A DNA stretch of 64,000 nucleotides from the human T2T-CHM13v2.0 reference genome, Homo sapiens (GCF_009914755.1 NC_060936.1); one strand, 5' to 3'; counted from the first letter of the stretch, positions 32,716 to 50,311 are shown. Program-made: numbers and translations. The notes: generated by a model not told the origin, from the sequence alone.

Positions 32716-34432
32716 TGGATGCCATAAATAATTAGGGATATCCAGCATTGGTGAGGGAAGGGAAAGGGCCACCTATCTGCTAAATCTGCTCTATCATGTT
32801 TAATTTTGGTATCATTTAGTTGGAAATGAGCACCACCTGCTATGACAATTGGTTATTTCTCTCTCTCTCTCTAATCCTCTAATCTACCTATCTTCCTACC
32901 TGCATGCCTACCTATCTATCTATTCTCTATCCTCTATGTATAATCTATCATCCGTATCCATTTATTTACCTTCTTAAATAGATTGAAAGTTCCACGAGGG
33001 CAGGGATTGTCATTTACACCCCTTGTAAATTTCTCCACTGGCTAAGCCAGGATCTAGACAGATGTAGTAGGCACTCAATAAATACTTTTTCAGTCACTAA
33101 TTTTCATTGTTTGGACTCTGAAATTAAATCAGGAAGAGGTCTCTGACACACAATCCTCTAGGGACTTCTGAGGATAGAGTTGGCTCATTCACAGCTTGCC
33201 CACCTGCACTCTGTCTTCCCGGCTCCCCTCAATGTTCAACAGATCTCGTCTACCAAATCTTATGTGTGTACTGGGGTGTCTCCCGCTAATAGGACAGCCC
33301 TGTAATTGTTCAGTGAGATTATAACGTCAGCCTCATCCATCAAGCTCTCCGCTAAGTAGTTTGGTTTTCCTAATGGAAAGCAGTGTCCTAAACAAGAAGG
33401 GAAGCGTCCTAATGTGGGGTTTTATGTAGGTTGGTTTCTAGCTGTGAGCTATGGACCTGAAATGATAGTTAAATCGATGGAGAGGCACTAAGCTATAGCC
33501 TGTGAATCTGGGCATCCGTAAAACCCAATTATTAACAGCCCTGAGTGGATGCGTTGCACGCTGGCTCTCCCAGCTTTGACTGGGGCTCTCTCTCTCTCTC
33601 TCCAGACAGAAACGGCCCAAGAGAAATGGAAATATGATGGCTGGTTGATTGTTTCGCAGTCTGCATGACAGACCACCCTCCTAACAAGACTCTAGGTCAA
33701 GTGCTCTTCTCTGCCCTGTGGATCTACTGGGGAGAAATTAGCTCTCGGTGGTATTTCCAATTATGGAGAAAAGCGATTCCTCCCTGGTCTGGCTATCATG
33801 TGTTTTGCAGTGGACCAAGAGACATGAAGCCCGTTTTCCACCCTCGCCTCTTTCTCCATCTAGCTGCATGACCTTGGGAGGTGGCGTGACCTCTCGGCTT
33901 CTTTGCTGCCTCATCTGTCATGATCCACCTTTACTACTTCATAGCCATGTTCTAGGATAAATGAGAGAAGCCTCTACATCTTTTAGTCTCCCAGAAAGAC
34001 TGGAACCAGGTAAATGCAAAGTGGAGCCGTTTCCTTTGTTTTTGCTGCCTGAGTTACTAACGTGTGGGATTTTTTTTAATAATGGCAAAAATGGATGGAT
34101 TTATGCAATTACTTTTGTTTTTGTTTTGTTTTGTTTTATTTTTCCTCTGGGGGGAGTCTTGAGGCATTCTAGGCATTCTATACATTATTCTCTTGTATAA
34201 TTGTTCATCTCTTCTATGGAGTGGATATTGGTATGCCCCTTTCTTAGCAAACTGATGGAGGCTGGCCTCAAAGTGAGCCACAGTGATGGGCTATAACTAA
34301 TTCCTACTCATAACTCCTAACTAAGTTTAATGTCTGTCTTCCCTACCAGTGATGAGTTCCATGAAGACAAAGACCTGTTTATCTTGTTCTGCTCCAGCAC
34401 CGAGCAGGTACTCAGTAAGAACTTGTAGAATT

Positions 34433-34752
34433 AGTGGATGGATGGATAGATGAACAGATGAATGGATGGATTAACAGATTAATAGATGGATGGATAGACA
34501 GAGGGATAGATGGATGGATGATGGATGGGTAAGTGGGTGGATGATAGACAGATGGTTATGATAGAGGGATGGCTGATTGGATGAATAGATGGATGGATAG
34601 ATGGATGGATGAACAGATGGATGGGTGGATAGATGGACAGACGAATGGATGGATGGATGGATAAAATGATGCATGATAGATGGATGGATGAAAATGGAAG
34701 GAATGGCTGGATGGATGAACAGAAGGATGGATGAATGGATAGATGAATGGGT
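34433..34752. repeat. Degenerate (TGGA)n microsatellite
   Basis: Direct reading; follows an L2 3' end. Confidence 0.95.
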
Positions 34753-34861
34753 GAATATAGTTTGTATATGAACATGAATCACATTACCAGTACTTATCAC
34801 TGAGAGAAAGTTCTAAGTTGCAGATGTTCAGAGAAATTTAAAGATGCAGACCTAAGATACA

Positions 34862-35220
34862 GGCCAGAAGGGCCATGCTGTCTCTAAGTCCCTGGGTAGA
34901 ATCCTTCCTTGCTTCTTCCTAGCTTCCAATGGTGGCCATAAATTCTTGGTGTTCCATGGCTTGTAGCTGTGTCTCTTCACTCTCTGCTTCCATCACCACA
35001 TGGCCTTTCTCCCTGTGTGCCTCTGTCCGCTCATTGTTTTCCCTCTTCTTAGAAAGACACCAGTCATATTGGATCAAGGGCCCACTCTACTCCAGTATGA
35101 CCTCCTCTTAACTAATTATATCTGCAATGACCCTGTTTCCCAACAAAGTCACATTCTGAGGTGTTGGGAATTTGGACGTCAACATATCTTTGGCAGGGGA
35201 CACAATCCAACCCATAACAA
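34862..35220 (-). mobile_element. MLT1 LTR fragment
   Basis: gacaccagtcatattggat..ccagtatgacctc..tctgcaatgaccctgtttcc..caacccataaca. Confidence 0.75.
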
Positions 35221-36544
35221 TCTGTGACATGGCAACCCCTCTCCCGGGTGTGTATCCTGGGGAAACTCCTGAATAGGATCATAAGAGGACGTGTGTGAGA
35301 ATGTTGGTGGTGGCCAAGTTTGTCCCAGCAAGGAGCCCAAGGTGACCTACATGTCTATGACTGGAGGAAATGAGTCAGCCAGATTTGAAACATGCAGATG
35401 ATGAAATAATACACAATACCCTGAATTTGCATACATCATCATGGATAGAGCTTAAAAATACAGTGTGAAATGAAAAAAGTAGGAACTAGACTGAGATTGA
35501 TGACACAATACCATGGACATAAATTTAAAATATACACTCACAGAGCAAGACTATATATGTTTCATAAGCATTGGAAAGTGGGTTGGAAGGATTTATTTTG
35601 AAGATACTGGAGTCACTGCCTGTGGGAGGCAGTGAGAAATGCTAACAGCAGACGCAGGCGAAAAATAATACAAGAAGGCACAAGGAGGGCCTTGAACAGA
35701 CAAATAGTGAATGTGTGGCATAAACTGAGAAGTGTGATTCTACGAAGGCGCCCACCCGGGGTCCAAATTTTGCAAAGAGGGGAGGAATCAGGAAAGGGAT
35801 TAATGAGTGACAGTGGCGCCCAGGGCTGGGCGGAGTCCAGGTTCTGTGAGCATGCGCAGCAGGGCCCCTTGATCCACGCTGAGCTTCAAGAAAGAGTGCG
35901 GAGAAAACCGCCCTAAGCCCAGACGTGGAGGGGAATTGGAGCTGTGCAAGTCAAGAATTAAGCAGGCAGGGCCGAGCAGAAGGAACGGATGGTTAATAAG
36001 CCCCCAGGAGAGCCCAGGCTGGACCAAGTGCATCCGCCTGGGGAGAAGGAGAAGGGTACGGTCCGCATGGCCCCGCTGAGGAAGGAGTGGGGACAGGGCT
36101 GGCTGTGTGTGTGTCACCCACTCAGACGCCCACAGGGACCAGGTGGCGGAAATGAGCGAATGACCCAGGCGCATACTAAACACTTCCACAAATAATGATG
36201 GGCCTTTCTATATTTAAGAAACCCAGGGCCCCCCCAAGTCTCTATTTCTTTTCCTCCCTTTTGATGGAGACACGGGGGCTGGCTTCTTCTCTAAGAAAAA
36301 CAATAGCGGCGTGTGATGAGAAGTGGTAGCCAACTCAGCCATGGGGGAGACATCAGAGGGGTAGGGCTTGGGGAGGACAGGAAAGGGACGTCCCAGCTCC
36401 ATGGGAGGGCTGCTGCCTGGTAGCTTCAGAGGATGCCTCCGCCCGAATGTGGTCCCGATGTTGACAGATACTTCCTTTTCCAAGAGAAACTGTGAAACTG
36501 GATTTTTATTGGAAATCTTTTTATTTGACATAGTAAAATCTAAC

Positions 36545-37188
36545 TGAACGACAATGAGGTACCACATCACACGCACTAGGATAGCTATAATAAAATAGAA
36601 TGGAAAATACGAAATTTTGATGAGGAAGTGGAGCAGTTGGAACCCTTGTACATTGCTGGTAGGAAAGTAAGGTGACCCACTCACTGTGGAAAAGTTTGGA
36701 GGTTCCTCAGGAAGTTAAACATAGCCTTATCATATAACCCAGCAATTCCACTCCTAGGTATATGCCCAAAAGAATTGAAAGCAGGTACTCTACATGAAGA
36801 CAAGTACATCTACATGCATGTTCCTAGCAGCGCAGTTCATGATCACCAGGAGGTGGAAACAACCCAAATGTCTGTCATCATGTATGCTGCAATGTAACTG
36901 AATCTTGAAAAGGTTATGCCAAGTGAATGAAGCCAGACACTAAAAGTCATACATTGTATGATTCCATTTATATGAAATGTCCAGAATAGGCAAATCCATA
37001 GACGGACAGCTGACGAGAGGGTTGCCAGGAGTTGGAGGGATGAGGGTATGGGAGTGAATAAGTGCTGGGTAATGGGTTTCCTTTTGGAGTAGTGAAAGTG
37101 TTTTGGAACCAGATAGAGGCGATGGTTACACAAGATTGTGAATATTCTAAATGCCACTGAATTGTTCACTTTAAAATGCTGAATTTTT
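36545..37188 (+). mobile_element. L1MB-type 3' end
   Basis: acattgctggtagg, cccagcaattccactcctaggtatat, ttccatttatatgaaatgtccagaataggcaaatccataga. Confidence 0.8.
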
Positions 37189-37660
37189 GCCAGGCACAGT
37201 GGCTCATGCCTGTTATCCCAGAACTTTGGGAGGCCGAGGCAGAAGGATCACTTGAGGTCAGGAGTTTGAGACCAGCCTGGCCAACATGGTGAAACCCCAT
37301 CTCTACTAAAAATACAAAAATTAGCCAGGCATGGTGGTACATGCCTGTAATCCCAGCTACTCAGGAGGCTGAGGCAGGAAAATCTCTTGAACCCAGGAGG
37401 TGGAGGTTGCAGTGAGCCAAGATCGCGTCACTACACTCCAGCCTGGGTGACAGAGTGAGAGTTGGTCTTAAAAAAAAAAAAAAAGAAAAACAAAACAAAA
37501 ACAAACAAACAATGCTTAATTTTTGCCAGGTGCAGTGGCTTATGCCTGTTATCCCAGAACTTTGGGAGGCTGAGTCAGGAGGATCACTTGAGGCCAGTTC
37601 AAGACCAGCCTGGGAAACATAGCAAGAGCCTGTCTCTATTGGGAGAAAAAAAAAAAAAAG
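37189..37660 (+). mobile_element. AluS plus Alu left monomer
   Basis: Alu 37189-37510; monomer 37525-37660. Confidence 0.9.
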
Positions 37661-38049
37661 GTAATAAATAAAATGCTTAATTTTATATTATGTCGATTTC
37701 ACCTCAATTTTTAAAAAACTGGAAAATGTAATTCAAATATATAAGGAAAAACATGTCAGCCAAATGGATTCAGGCTGTAGGCTGCATCTGAACCCCTGGG
37801 GTGCCAGTTTCTAAGTTTGATATGGGGCTTACAGTCAGCAGGAGCCCCATAATCTTGTACAGAGCTGTAGGAATAGGAACTGTTTTACTGGCAGGGAAAC
37901 TGAGACTCCAAGGAGGTAAAGTGATGGGATCAGAGTCAAGTGCAGGAGCTGGAGCTGAGCCCCAGAGGGTGATCTCCCAGCACAATTGATCCTGTGCTCT
38001 CTGCAGTTGGGGCCAAGGGCTGTAGAAAGCATTAGAAAGGTGGCAGCTA

Positions 38050-38416
<367 letters not shown>

Positions 38417-38671
38417 GAATTGTGCATCCAGATCTCCTTGGAGTTGTTACCTCCTCTCACACAAGGCCCAGAAAACTCTATCAATTGAAGCCCATTCAGC
38501 AAGGCTGGATTGAGTATGTACTGTGCATGTGGCATGCACCAAGTGAAACTAATAAAAGTAGTCAGTGCAAAGGCTTAAGGGTTCACCTTGTGCAAAGCAC
38601 ATTCTGTTGAGACCTCCTCTGATGCTCAGGGTAATGCTGTGAGGTGGAAACAGCATTGCCACATGGATTGC

Positions 38672-38739
38672 ATGCATGCATTTAACTTTTATACCATGCA
38701 TGCATTTAACTTACATAATGCATGCATTAAACTTACATA
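38672..38739. repeat. 3-unit minisatellite with palindromic core ATGCATGCAT
   Basis: Units at 38672, 38696 and 38718. Confidence 0.9.
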
Positions 38740-38933
38740 AATTCAACTAACTGCAGTTGGCCAAAAGGAAAGGAGAAAAATCCTCATTGAAAGGGGGTAG
38801 ACCTGTCGTGTCCCCGTGCGAACTTGCCACACGGGAAGCATGGAAATGGAATATATGGATCTGTTCTCGTTGTCTCCAATCCTGGCAGCCTTTCCTAGAA
38901 TGAGCAGCTCTCTGTGCTGAGTGGGATTCTAGC

Positions 38934-39154
38934 TGAGGATTTCTCAGCCTTGGCGCTACTGACATTCTGGGTTGGATCATTATTAGTTGTGGGGACTGTC
39001 TAGTGTGTTGGAGGATGTTTCGAGGCATCTCTGGCCTCCATCCACTAGATGCCAGGAGCGTTTATTCCTACCCCTAGTTATGACAACCAAAAATGTCTTC
39101 AGGTGCTGCCACACATCCCCTGAGGGGCAAAATCACCCTGGCTGAGAATCACTC
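38934..39154. mobile_element. MER20 hAT element
   Basis: cccactagatgccag..gttatgacaaccaaaaatgtc..gggcaaaatcacc..gagaatcact. Confidence 0.8.
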
Positions 39155-39284
39155 ATCTAGAGTTTAAAATGCATATTTATTAAAATGCATATTTATTGGT
39201 GCTCAACTAAGGAGCAGGATTGGAGGTGGGGGATGGGGAGGATGGGGAGGTGGGTAAATGGCTGCATTATGATGATAGTATTAT

Positions 39285-39815
39285 TGTTACAGGAAAGTGG
39301 TCCCAATCCAGACCCCAAGAGAGGATTCTTGGATCTTGCTCAAGAAAGAATTCAGGGCAAGTCCATAAAGTGAATGCAAGTTTATTGAGAAAGTAAAGGA
39401 ATCAAAGAATGGCTACTCCATAGGCAGAACAGCCCCAAGGGCTGCTGGTTGCCCATTTTTATGGTTATTTCTTGATGATGTGCTAAACAAGGGGTGGATT
39501 ATTCATGCCTCCCCTTTTTAGACCATATAGGGTAACCTCCTGACGTTGCCATGGCATTTGTAAACTGTCATGGTGCTGGTGGGAGTGTAGCAGTGAGGAT
39601 GACCAGAGGTCACTCTGGTCACCATCTTGGTTTTGGTGGGTTTTAGCTGGCATCTTACTGCAACCTGTTTTATCAGCAAGGTCTTTATGACCTGTATCTT
39701 TTGTTGACCTCCTATCTCATCCTGTGACTTAGAATGTCTTAATCATCGGGAATGCAGCCCTTTTTACCCAGCTCCTATTCAAGATGGAGTTGCTCTTGTT
39801 CACAAGTCTCTGACA
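39285..39815 (-). mobile_element. MER41 (probably MER41A) solo LTR, ERV1
   Basis: TG...CA termini; TSD TTAT/TTAC; gaatggctactccatagg, gaccatatagggtaac, ctcctattcaagatggagttgctct. Confidence 0.85.
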
Positions 39816-40274
39816 TTACGACAATTTGCTGACTTGTGGCTGTGCCATACCTTGTGGAAGGGGGCGGAGTTAAGGGATTTTCACGGAAATGTTTTCCTTC
39901 ACCTTGACTTTAGAATCTAGTACCCATATATGCTCACTGCAACTCAAGTCCCACAGGTGAGAAAATGGGGGCCCCAGGGAGTTAGTCACTTGCCTAAGGT
40001 CTCAGAGCTCATGAGTGACAAAGAAGAGATTCAAGCCCAATCTACTTTACTAGGAAACCCGCTCCCTTTTTTTCCCCCCTTTTTTCTTTCCCTTCTCTCA
40101 TTGTTTTGCCTTCCTGTCCACAAGAGGGGTCTAAGGGAAATCAGCGTGCCAGAAGGTAGAGTCTCACCACAGACTCTCCACTACTGCAGGTGGCACTGAG
40201 TGTCATCGGCCTGCCTCACAGTTCTGGATGAGGCCACAGGTAAATTCAGATTCCAAAGGTTTATGAAGCTGGTA

Positions 40275-40700
40275 TGACTTAGGACTCTTCTAGCTGCAAG
40301 AGACAAAAGCCTAATTCAGACTAGGTCAAACCAAAAAGGAACCATATTGACTCACATAACTAGCAAGTTGAAGGGGTGATGGCTTCAGGCATGGCGGGAT
40401 CAAGGGGCTCAAATGGTCATCAGCATATGATCTCTCCATTTTTGGTTTCATCTCTGTTAGCTTCATTCTCTGAACAACTCTTCCTTCCATTATACAAAGA
40501 GAGCCAATGGCAGCACTGAGTGTAAAACTTGAGCTTTTAGAAATCCAGCAGAAAGATTTCCTCCCTCCTAAGAGATTCATCCAACATTCCTGAAATTCAC
40601 TCTGATTGTCCCAGCTTGAGTCCCAGGGATGTTTCCAGAAATGAATCACTATGGCCAGGGGCATATGAGACCCCATGATCAGGCCTGGGCCACCTCCTCA
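40275..40700 (-). mobile_element. Old MLT1 (J/K-like) LTR
   Basis: gctgcaagagaca..ggcttcaggcatggcgggatcaaggggctcaaatg. Confidence 0.55.
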
Positions 40701-41004
40701 CTTCCAGAGTTTGAGAGTAAGTTGAGCCCCAAATCTTACGGAAAAAAGAGTGGGAGGAGGAAGAGTAGTATTCTGTGGCCAACCTAGAAAACCACAGAAA
40801 TTCCTCCCACCTTCTGCTCAGGCCAGTGGGAAACTTGTAAGACAGAGTCCCAGTCCATGTGAGTGGCGAGTGGGGGCATCTTGGGAGGGGCCTTCCAAAG
40901 GCAAAGCCAGGCTGGTTTGGTGGAGTCCTTTCCAGAACCCATCTGCTTGTGTAAAGCCTAGCAGAGGCCACCTTCAGCAGCCCTCCCGGATACTGGTTAA
41001 AGTG

Positions 41005-41344
<340 letters not shown>

Positions 41345-41392
41345 TCACGGGGAGGGAAATGAAAGGAGAGGATTGGGGAAGAAACACCTTCT

Positions 41393-41670
41393 ATTTTTTT
41401 TTTTTTTTTTTTTTTTTAGAGACAGGGTCTTGCTCTGTCACCCAGGCTGCAGCCTGGACCTCTTGGGCTCAAGGGATCCTCCCACCTTAGCCTCCTGTGT
41501 AGCTGGGACCACAGGCGTGCACCGCCACACCCAGCTAATTTTTTTTATTTTTTTGCAGAGATGGGGTCTCTCTATGTTGCCCAGGCTGGCCTCAAACTCC
41601 TGGGCTCAAGTGATCCTCCCTTCTCGGCCTCCCAAAGTACTGGGATTACAGGGGTGAGCCACCTCACCTG
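41393..41670 (-). mobile_element. AluJ-like, internally deleted
   Basis: TSD ACACCTTCT / ACAGCTTCT. Confidence 0.9.
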
Positions 41671-42249
41671 TACAGCTTCTTTGGAGAATGGGCCTGGGCA
41701 GGTCAAACAGGGGCCACTCTACACCATCATGGCACAGCAAGAGCTGGGCTATGTAGGTTCAGTATTCTTTGTCATTTAATCCTTGTGACGACCTCGTGTC
41801 ATCATTGCTGTTTTACAGATAAGGAACTGAGGCTCAGAGAGGTTCAGTGTCACAGCTAGCATTTCACTTACATATCACAGAGCAAAGGCTCTCTTTGTCC
41901 AGAGACAACGTGCCTTTAGGTGATAGAGCTAGGACTGGAACCCAAGTCTATCTGACTCAAAGTCCACACAGCTTGTCCCCCATCCCGCAGGGACCTCTCC
42001 ACGCTAGTGAGCCCCACGAAACCCCCTCAGTGCTTCGTTCCAGTCTTTTACCTTCAAGCCCAGTCAGCGAGTTCTTTATTTCCACAAATGGTGCTATTAA
42101 ACTAATGGCTTCGGGAGCTATAGGCTGGCCTCGGCACAGTTACACATCTCTCCACCCACCATGTTCTGGCTTCCAAATAAATACATTGGAAATTCCAGGA
42201 GCCGAAGCCCATTTGGAAACGTTTCCGGGCCACCATTTTGCTTTGGGAT

Positions 42250-43400
42250 GGGCAAAAAGAGACACCCTAAACTTGAACTCCTGTCTGTGCAGCCTCCAGC
42301 CGGCCAGGCGCTAAATAAGGCCACGGCCCGTTTCCTCCTTCAAAAGTCCCTTGTAAAGGGCGATAGCAGACCCCATCAGGCAAAAAGCTGAGAAGCCAGG
42401 GTTGAAATAGAGGCCTCTTTCTGTTTGGTCAATCAGCAGCTGCAAAGGATGCGTAGGATGGAGCTAAATTTATTTGTTCCTTTCTTTCTCAGCAACAGCG
42501 ACGAGGCCCGAGGTGCAGCTGTCTCGCCTCGCCTGTCTTTTGCAGGCACCGGCATGCACAGAAGATGGCTCTCCGGGAGGAAGATTCCTTTCCATTTTGT
42601 TCTCTCTCTGCCTCCGCAAGGCTCCCAGCCACCTCTCGGGAGTGCAGGGCCAGATCCTGTGCCAGCGGGTAGGAATATGTAGCTGCCTCCCAGCCCCAGG
42701 GTGGAAATCATGACCTTTGAGAAGCAGGCAAGCTGCACGGCAAAGATACTCAGGCCTGGTGAAGGCAAAGTGGGGCCACACCCTAGAAAAACCACAAAAG
42801 TCCCCACAGCCTCTGCTTTCACTAGTCAGACCTGTGGGAAACTTGTAAGACACAGTCCATGTGATCGGCGGGTGGGGGCATGTTGGGAGGGGCCTTCCGA
42901 AGGCCACAGCCAGGCTGGCAGGGCAGAGTCCTTTCCAGAATTTATCTGTTTGCTTAAAGCCCAGCGGAGGGGCCACCTTCAGTCAACCCTCCAGCATACT
43001 GGTCCAAGTAGTTTTTTCAAAGTGCTTTGTGAGACTTTCAAAAGGTACCCATGGGGAGGGAAGTGAGAGGAGGAGGAGGGGACGGTGAAGAAACAGCTTC
43101 TTTATTTCTAGCCTTGCTTGAATGGCTTCTTGACGGTTACTGCTCCAGTTTTGCTGAGTCAGAAGAATCCCACAGCCGCTCACCGGAAACACAGCTGTTG
43201 GGCAAAAATAACCACAGAGCTGAGCATCATGCACCTTCCAGAAAAGATGGCAGAAAACCTCAAAACAAAAGAGAAATACAAAACAATAGGAGACACTGTC
43301 AAGAAAAAAAAAACAAAAACAAAAACCACCGCAGCTCACTAACCGATCCAAGCTGGTGGCGCTCTCCTGATCTCTCTCCACTCCCAGGCCCAGCAACGGC
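42250..43400. promoter_or_regulatory. Putative promoter/enhancer around the MAP1LC3B2 5' exon
   Basis: Locally elevated CpG; RUNX AACCACA 42790-42796; RBPJ TGTGGGAA 42833-42840; NRF2/MAF-type TGCTGAGTCA 43152-43161. Confidence 0.45.
42440..42668 (+). other. MAP1LC3B2: Candidate acquired 5' exon of MAP1LC3B2 (start uncertain)
   Basis: CpG-containing unique sequence ending in donor CGG|GTAGGA (GT 42669-42670); distance to the retrocopy end fits my recollection of a ~17-kb two-exon gene model. Confidence 0.55.
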
Positions 43401-43465
43401 TCTGAAATAAAGCTAAGTTTGGCTATATATATATATATATATGTATGTATATGTATATATATATA

Positions 43466-43747
<282 letters not shown>

Positions 43748-43757
43748 TACTTTTACA

Positions 43758-44620
<863 letters not shown>

Positions 44621-46049
44621 CCACCCCAGGCTTCTGTTTACCAGGTCCTCCCCTGGCCATCTCCTTCCCCTTGTCTGGGCTGAAAACATTCACAGCATCT
44701 TGTTTGCGTGGACACCGAGTTTCCCTTTCCCCAGACTTCATAACGATCAGGAAGCAGGATGGGGCCTTGAGGACTCCCGAGACTAAGGGAGGAGTCGAGG
44801 GTCCCTGGTTGTAGATAAGTCTTGGCCACAGGCCAGGAGTGTGACCTCATTAACCAGCAGCCATTAGCCATTCACTGAGGCAGCTGGATCCTGGTTCTGC
44901 CCCTTACTAGCTGTGTGGCCTGGGGTAAGGTATTTACCCTCCCTGGGCCTCTGTCTCCTCATCTGTCCAATGGAGATAATTAGAAAACTTCCCTTACACA
45001 GTTGTTGTAAGGATGGAGCAAGTACATGCAAAGCTGTTCTTGAACGAGGCTGGACTCTGTGCTTCTTATTGTCCAGTGCTTTACACAAGTGTAGTAAGGC
45101 TATTGTTTTTCCCTGTCAGCATCTATGACACTATCTTTTGCTTCAGCATCCTGGCTTGCCTTCGGGAGACCATCTCTCTTCCACCCCCTCATTCCAGGAG
45201 AGGGTATATCACCCAGACCTGACCAGACTCAGCTCAGTTCAGGGATGGGAATGCGATCCAAAGTGGGTCCATCAGAGCAAATAGTTGCCAAAACTCGTAG
45301 GGAAAAGAAATTCACTTTCTCTTGGTTCTACTATGTGGTGGGATATGAGCATGGAGCATCTCTGCTGCTACCTAGGGAGAGGCTGCCTGAGACCGATGCC
45401 AAAACCCCAGAAAGCAGAGATAAAGGATAGTGGGAGAGTCCTGACAACAATATTTGTATCCCTGGATCCACCTGTGCCTGAAACCATCCGTAGCTCCAAA
45501 CTCGCAAGTTCCGTGAAACAATAAATCTTTATGTTTAAGACAGTTTGAGTTGATCACTTGTAAACAAAGGCATCCTGACTCATGCAGTATCTTATGTGAT
45601 AATCTGAGCAGGAGGTAGACCTCTTATCCCTATTTTATGAGAAGAAACTGAGGCTTAGAGTAACTTAATCACTTGCATAAAATCACTAGTAAGTCCAGGG
45701 CTGTCGTCTGATCCATGTAGCCCTGGGAAGGTAGAACGATGATGTGCTTGGTGCATGCCTTGGGAAAGTCACATAAATCTCAAGGCTTTGAGTGGCCAAT
45801 CTGTACCATAAAAGAGTTGGTATTTTTTAAACTTTCAAATGTATAGCTGATTACAAAAGTGACTATGACAATTAACTATGTATTTGCTCTCCATAACTGA
45901 CAGATGTTGGCATTTTCTCACAGTTGCTTCAGAGATGAGCTGGTATCTGAAATACTATATAGCTCCTCGTTTCTGTGTCTTGATTCTGGATTGTAAAACA
46001 CCTAGAAAGTCTGACTTGGCAAAACTTGAAAAAATTTCAAAGATACAGA

Positions 46050-48270
<2,221 letters not shown>

Positions 48271-48400
48271 TAACTTAAGAAAGAAAAATTTAAAAAAGGA
48301 ACATATTGGAAGGGCCTAGGGGAATTCACCAAAAAGAAGTAATAGCCAAAGAATAGTCCTCAAAAGGGACAGAGACCACAGAAACTCTGGAGATCCAGGG

Positions 48401-48779
48401 TGTCTTAGTCTGTTTTCACACTGCTGATAAAGACATACTCGAGACTGGGCAATTTACAAAAGAAAGAGGTTTAATGGACTTACAGTTCCACATGGATGTG
48501 GAGGCCTCACAATCATGGTGGAAGGCAAAGAGGAGCAAGTCATGTCTTACATGGATGGAGGCAGGAAAAGAGAGAATGAGAAACGAAGCGAAACGGATTT
48601 CCCCTTATCAAACCATCAGATCTCATTCACACATCTTATTCACTACCACGAGAACAGTATGGGGGAGCCGCCCCCATGATTCAGTTATCTCCCTCTGGGT
48701 CCCTCCCACAACATGTGGGAATTATGGGAGTACAATTCAAGATGGGATTTGGGTGGGGACACAGAGCCAAACCATATCA
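48401..48779 (-). mobile_element. THE1 LTR
   Basis: ctgctgataaagacata..gaggcctcacaatcatggtggaagg..gggtggggacacagagccaaaccatatca. Confidence 0.9.
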
Positions 48780-49850
48780 CGGGAGAACTAAGAAACAGTC
48801 TCTTCAGGACATAGATGACTGGACAAATTAGCTCCATGCCCATGGGGTCCTTCAAGACTCAAATTTCTGGGAGGAGATATATGGTCTAGTCACAGTCATG
48901 GGCTTACCTCTTGGCCAGAGGAGGACAAGACACTTTGGTTAATGATTCTACCAAGATGATATACGATAGTGGGAGGACAGATTCCAAAGCAAAACTGGGT
49001 TGCTCCTTCCAGAAGCAAGGAGATTGGCCCCTTGGCAGGCAAAAACAACAGAGACACATTACAAAATATTTATGAAAGCAATATTTACGAAAGCACAAAA
49101 TCTTTAAGTAGGGTTGGCTTTTGAACTCAGAGCCGTGAGGTTTCTTTTTGCTATTTCACCACAAGGCTGCATGAATTCGTTCTTTCCCCTGACATCTCTG
49201 CCTTCCCCTCCAACACAGACAGACTTTCTCCACAACAAATCCATTTTATGAGCAACATCTAGACAATAACAAACTTCTCATCAGGCCAGAAATGCCAGTT
49301 TATAGCTCATCGAGAACAGAGATTCTCTGAGCCTGCCAATGTTCAAGGAAGATTTCCAGAGAATAAAACTTGCTTGGGGGTGAAGGGCAAGCTTGAACCT
49401 GTGTCCTGGGAACAAAACATGCAGCAAAATGCATTTCTTCTTTTCCCACTACTCATAACTACCAGGAGTTGGAAGCACCTTGCCTGAAAGAGAAGGTTGT
49501 GTTTTGTGTTTCAAGAGTGAGTCTGAGGTAGCTGCAGGCTAGATTATTAAGCAGATTAATTCAACCAAATATATTGACAAATGCACCAGCAGGTAAAGGA
49601 AGAAGATGTTCTCTGCTTAGATTGTTGTGAGGAAGTTTCTGTGTCCCCACTCTGCCTAGAGGCTAATCAGATATGTGTGTGTGTGTGTAACCTCTACAAA
49701 ACAAAACACCCCAAATCCTTAAAATATCCACAAATGTTGTTTTCTTGTATGATCATACCCATTTCAGAGATGAAAAATCTGAGATACAGTACGTGGAACT
49801 GTGAGTCAGTGATTAAAAAAAAAAAAAAAAAAAAAAAAAACAAGAATTGA

Positions 49851-50311
<461 letters not shown>

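Noticed and set aside
36135-36152. CTCF-like GGACCAGGTGGCGG
   Set aside because: Mismatches at the 5' CC of the core; cannot be supported without a PWM scan or ChIP data.
38672-38739. Palindromic direct repeats as a CRISPR-like array
   Set aside because: Units are adjacent with no unique spacers, no cas genes, and the context is eukaryotic.
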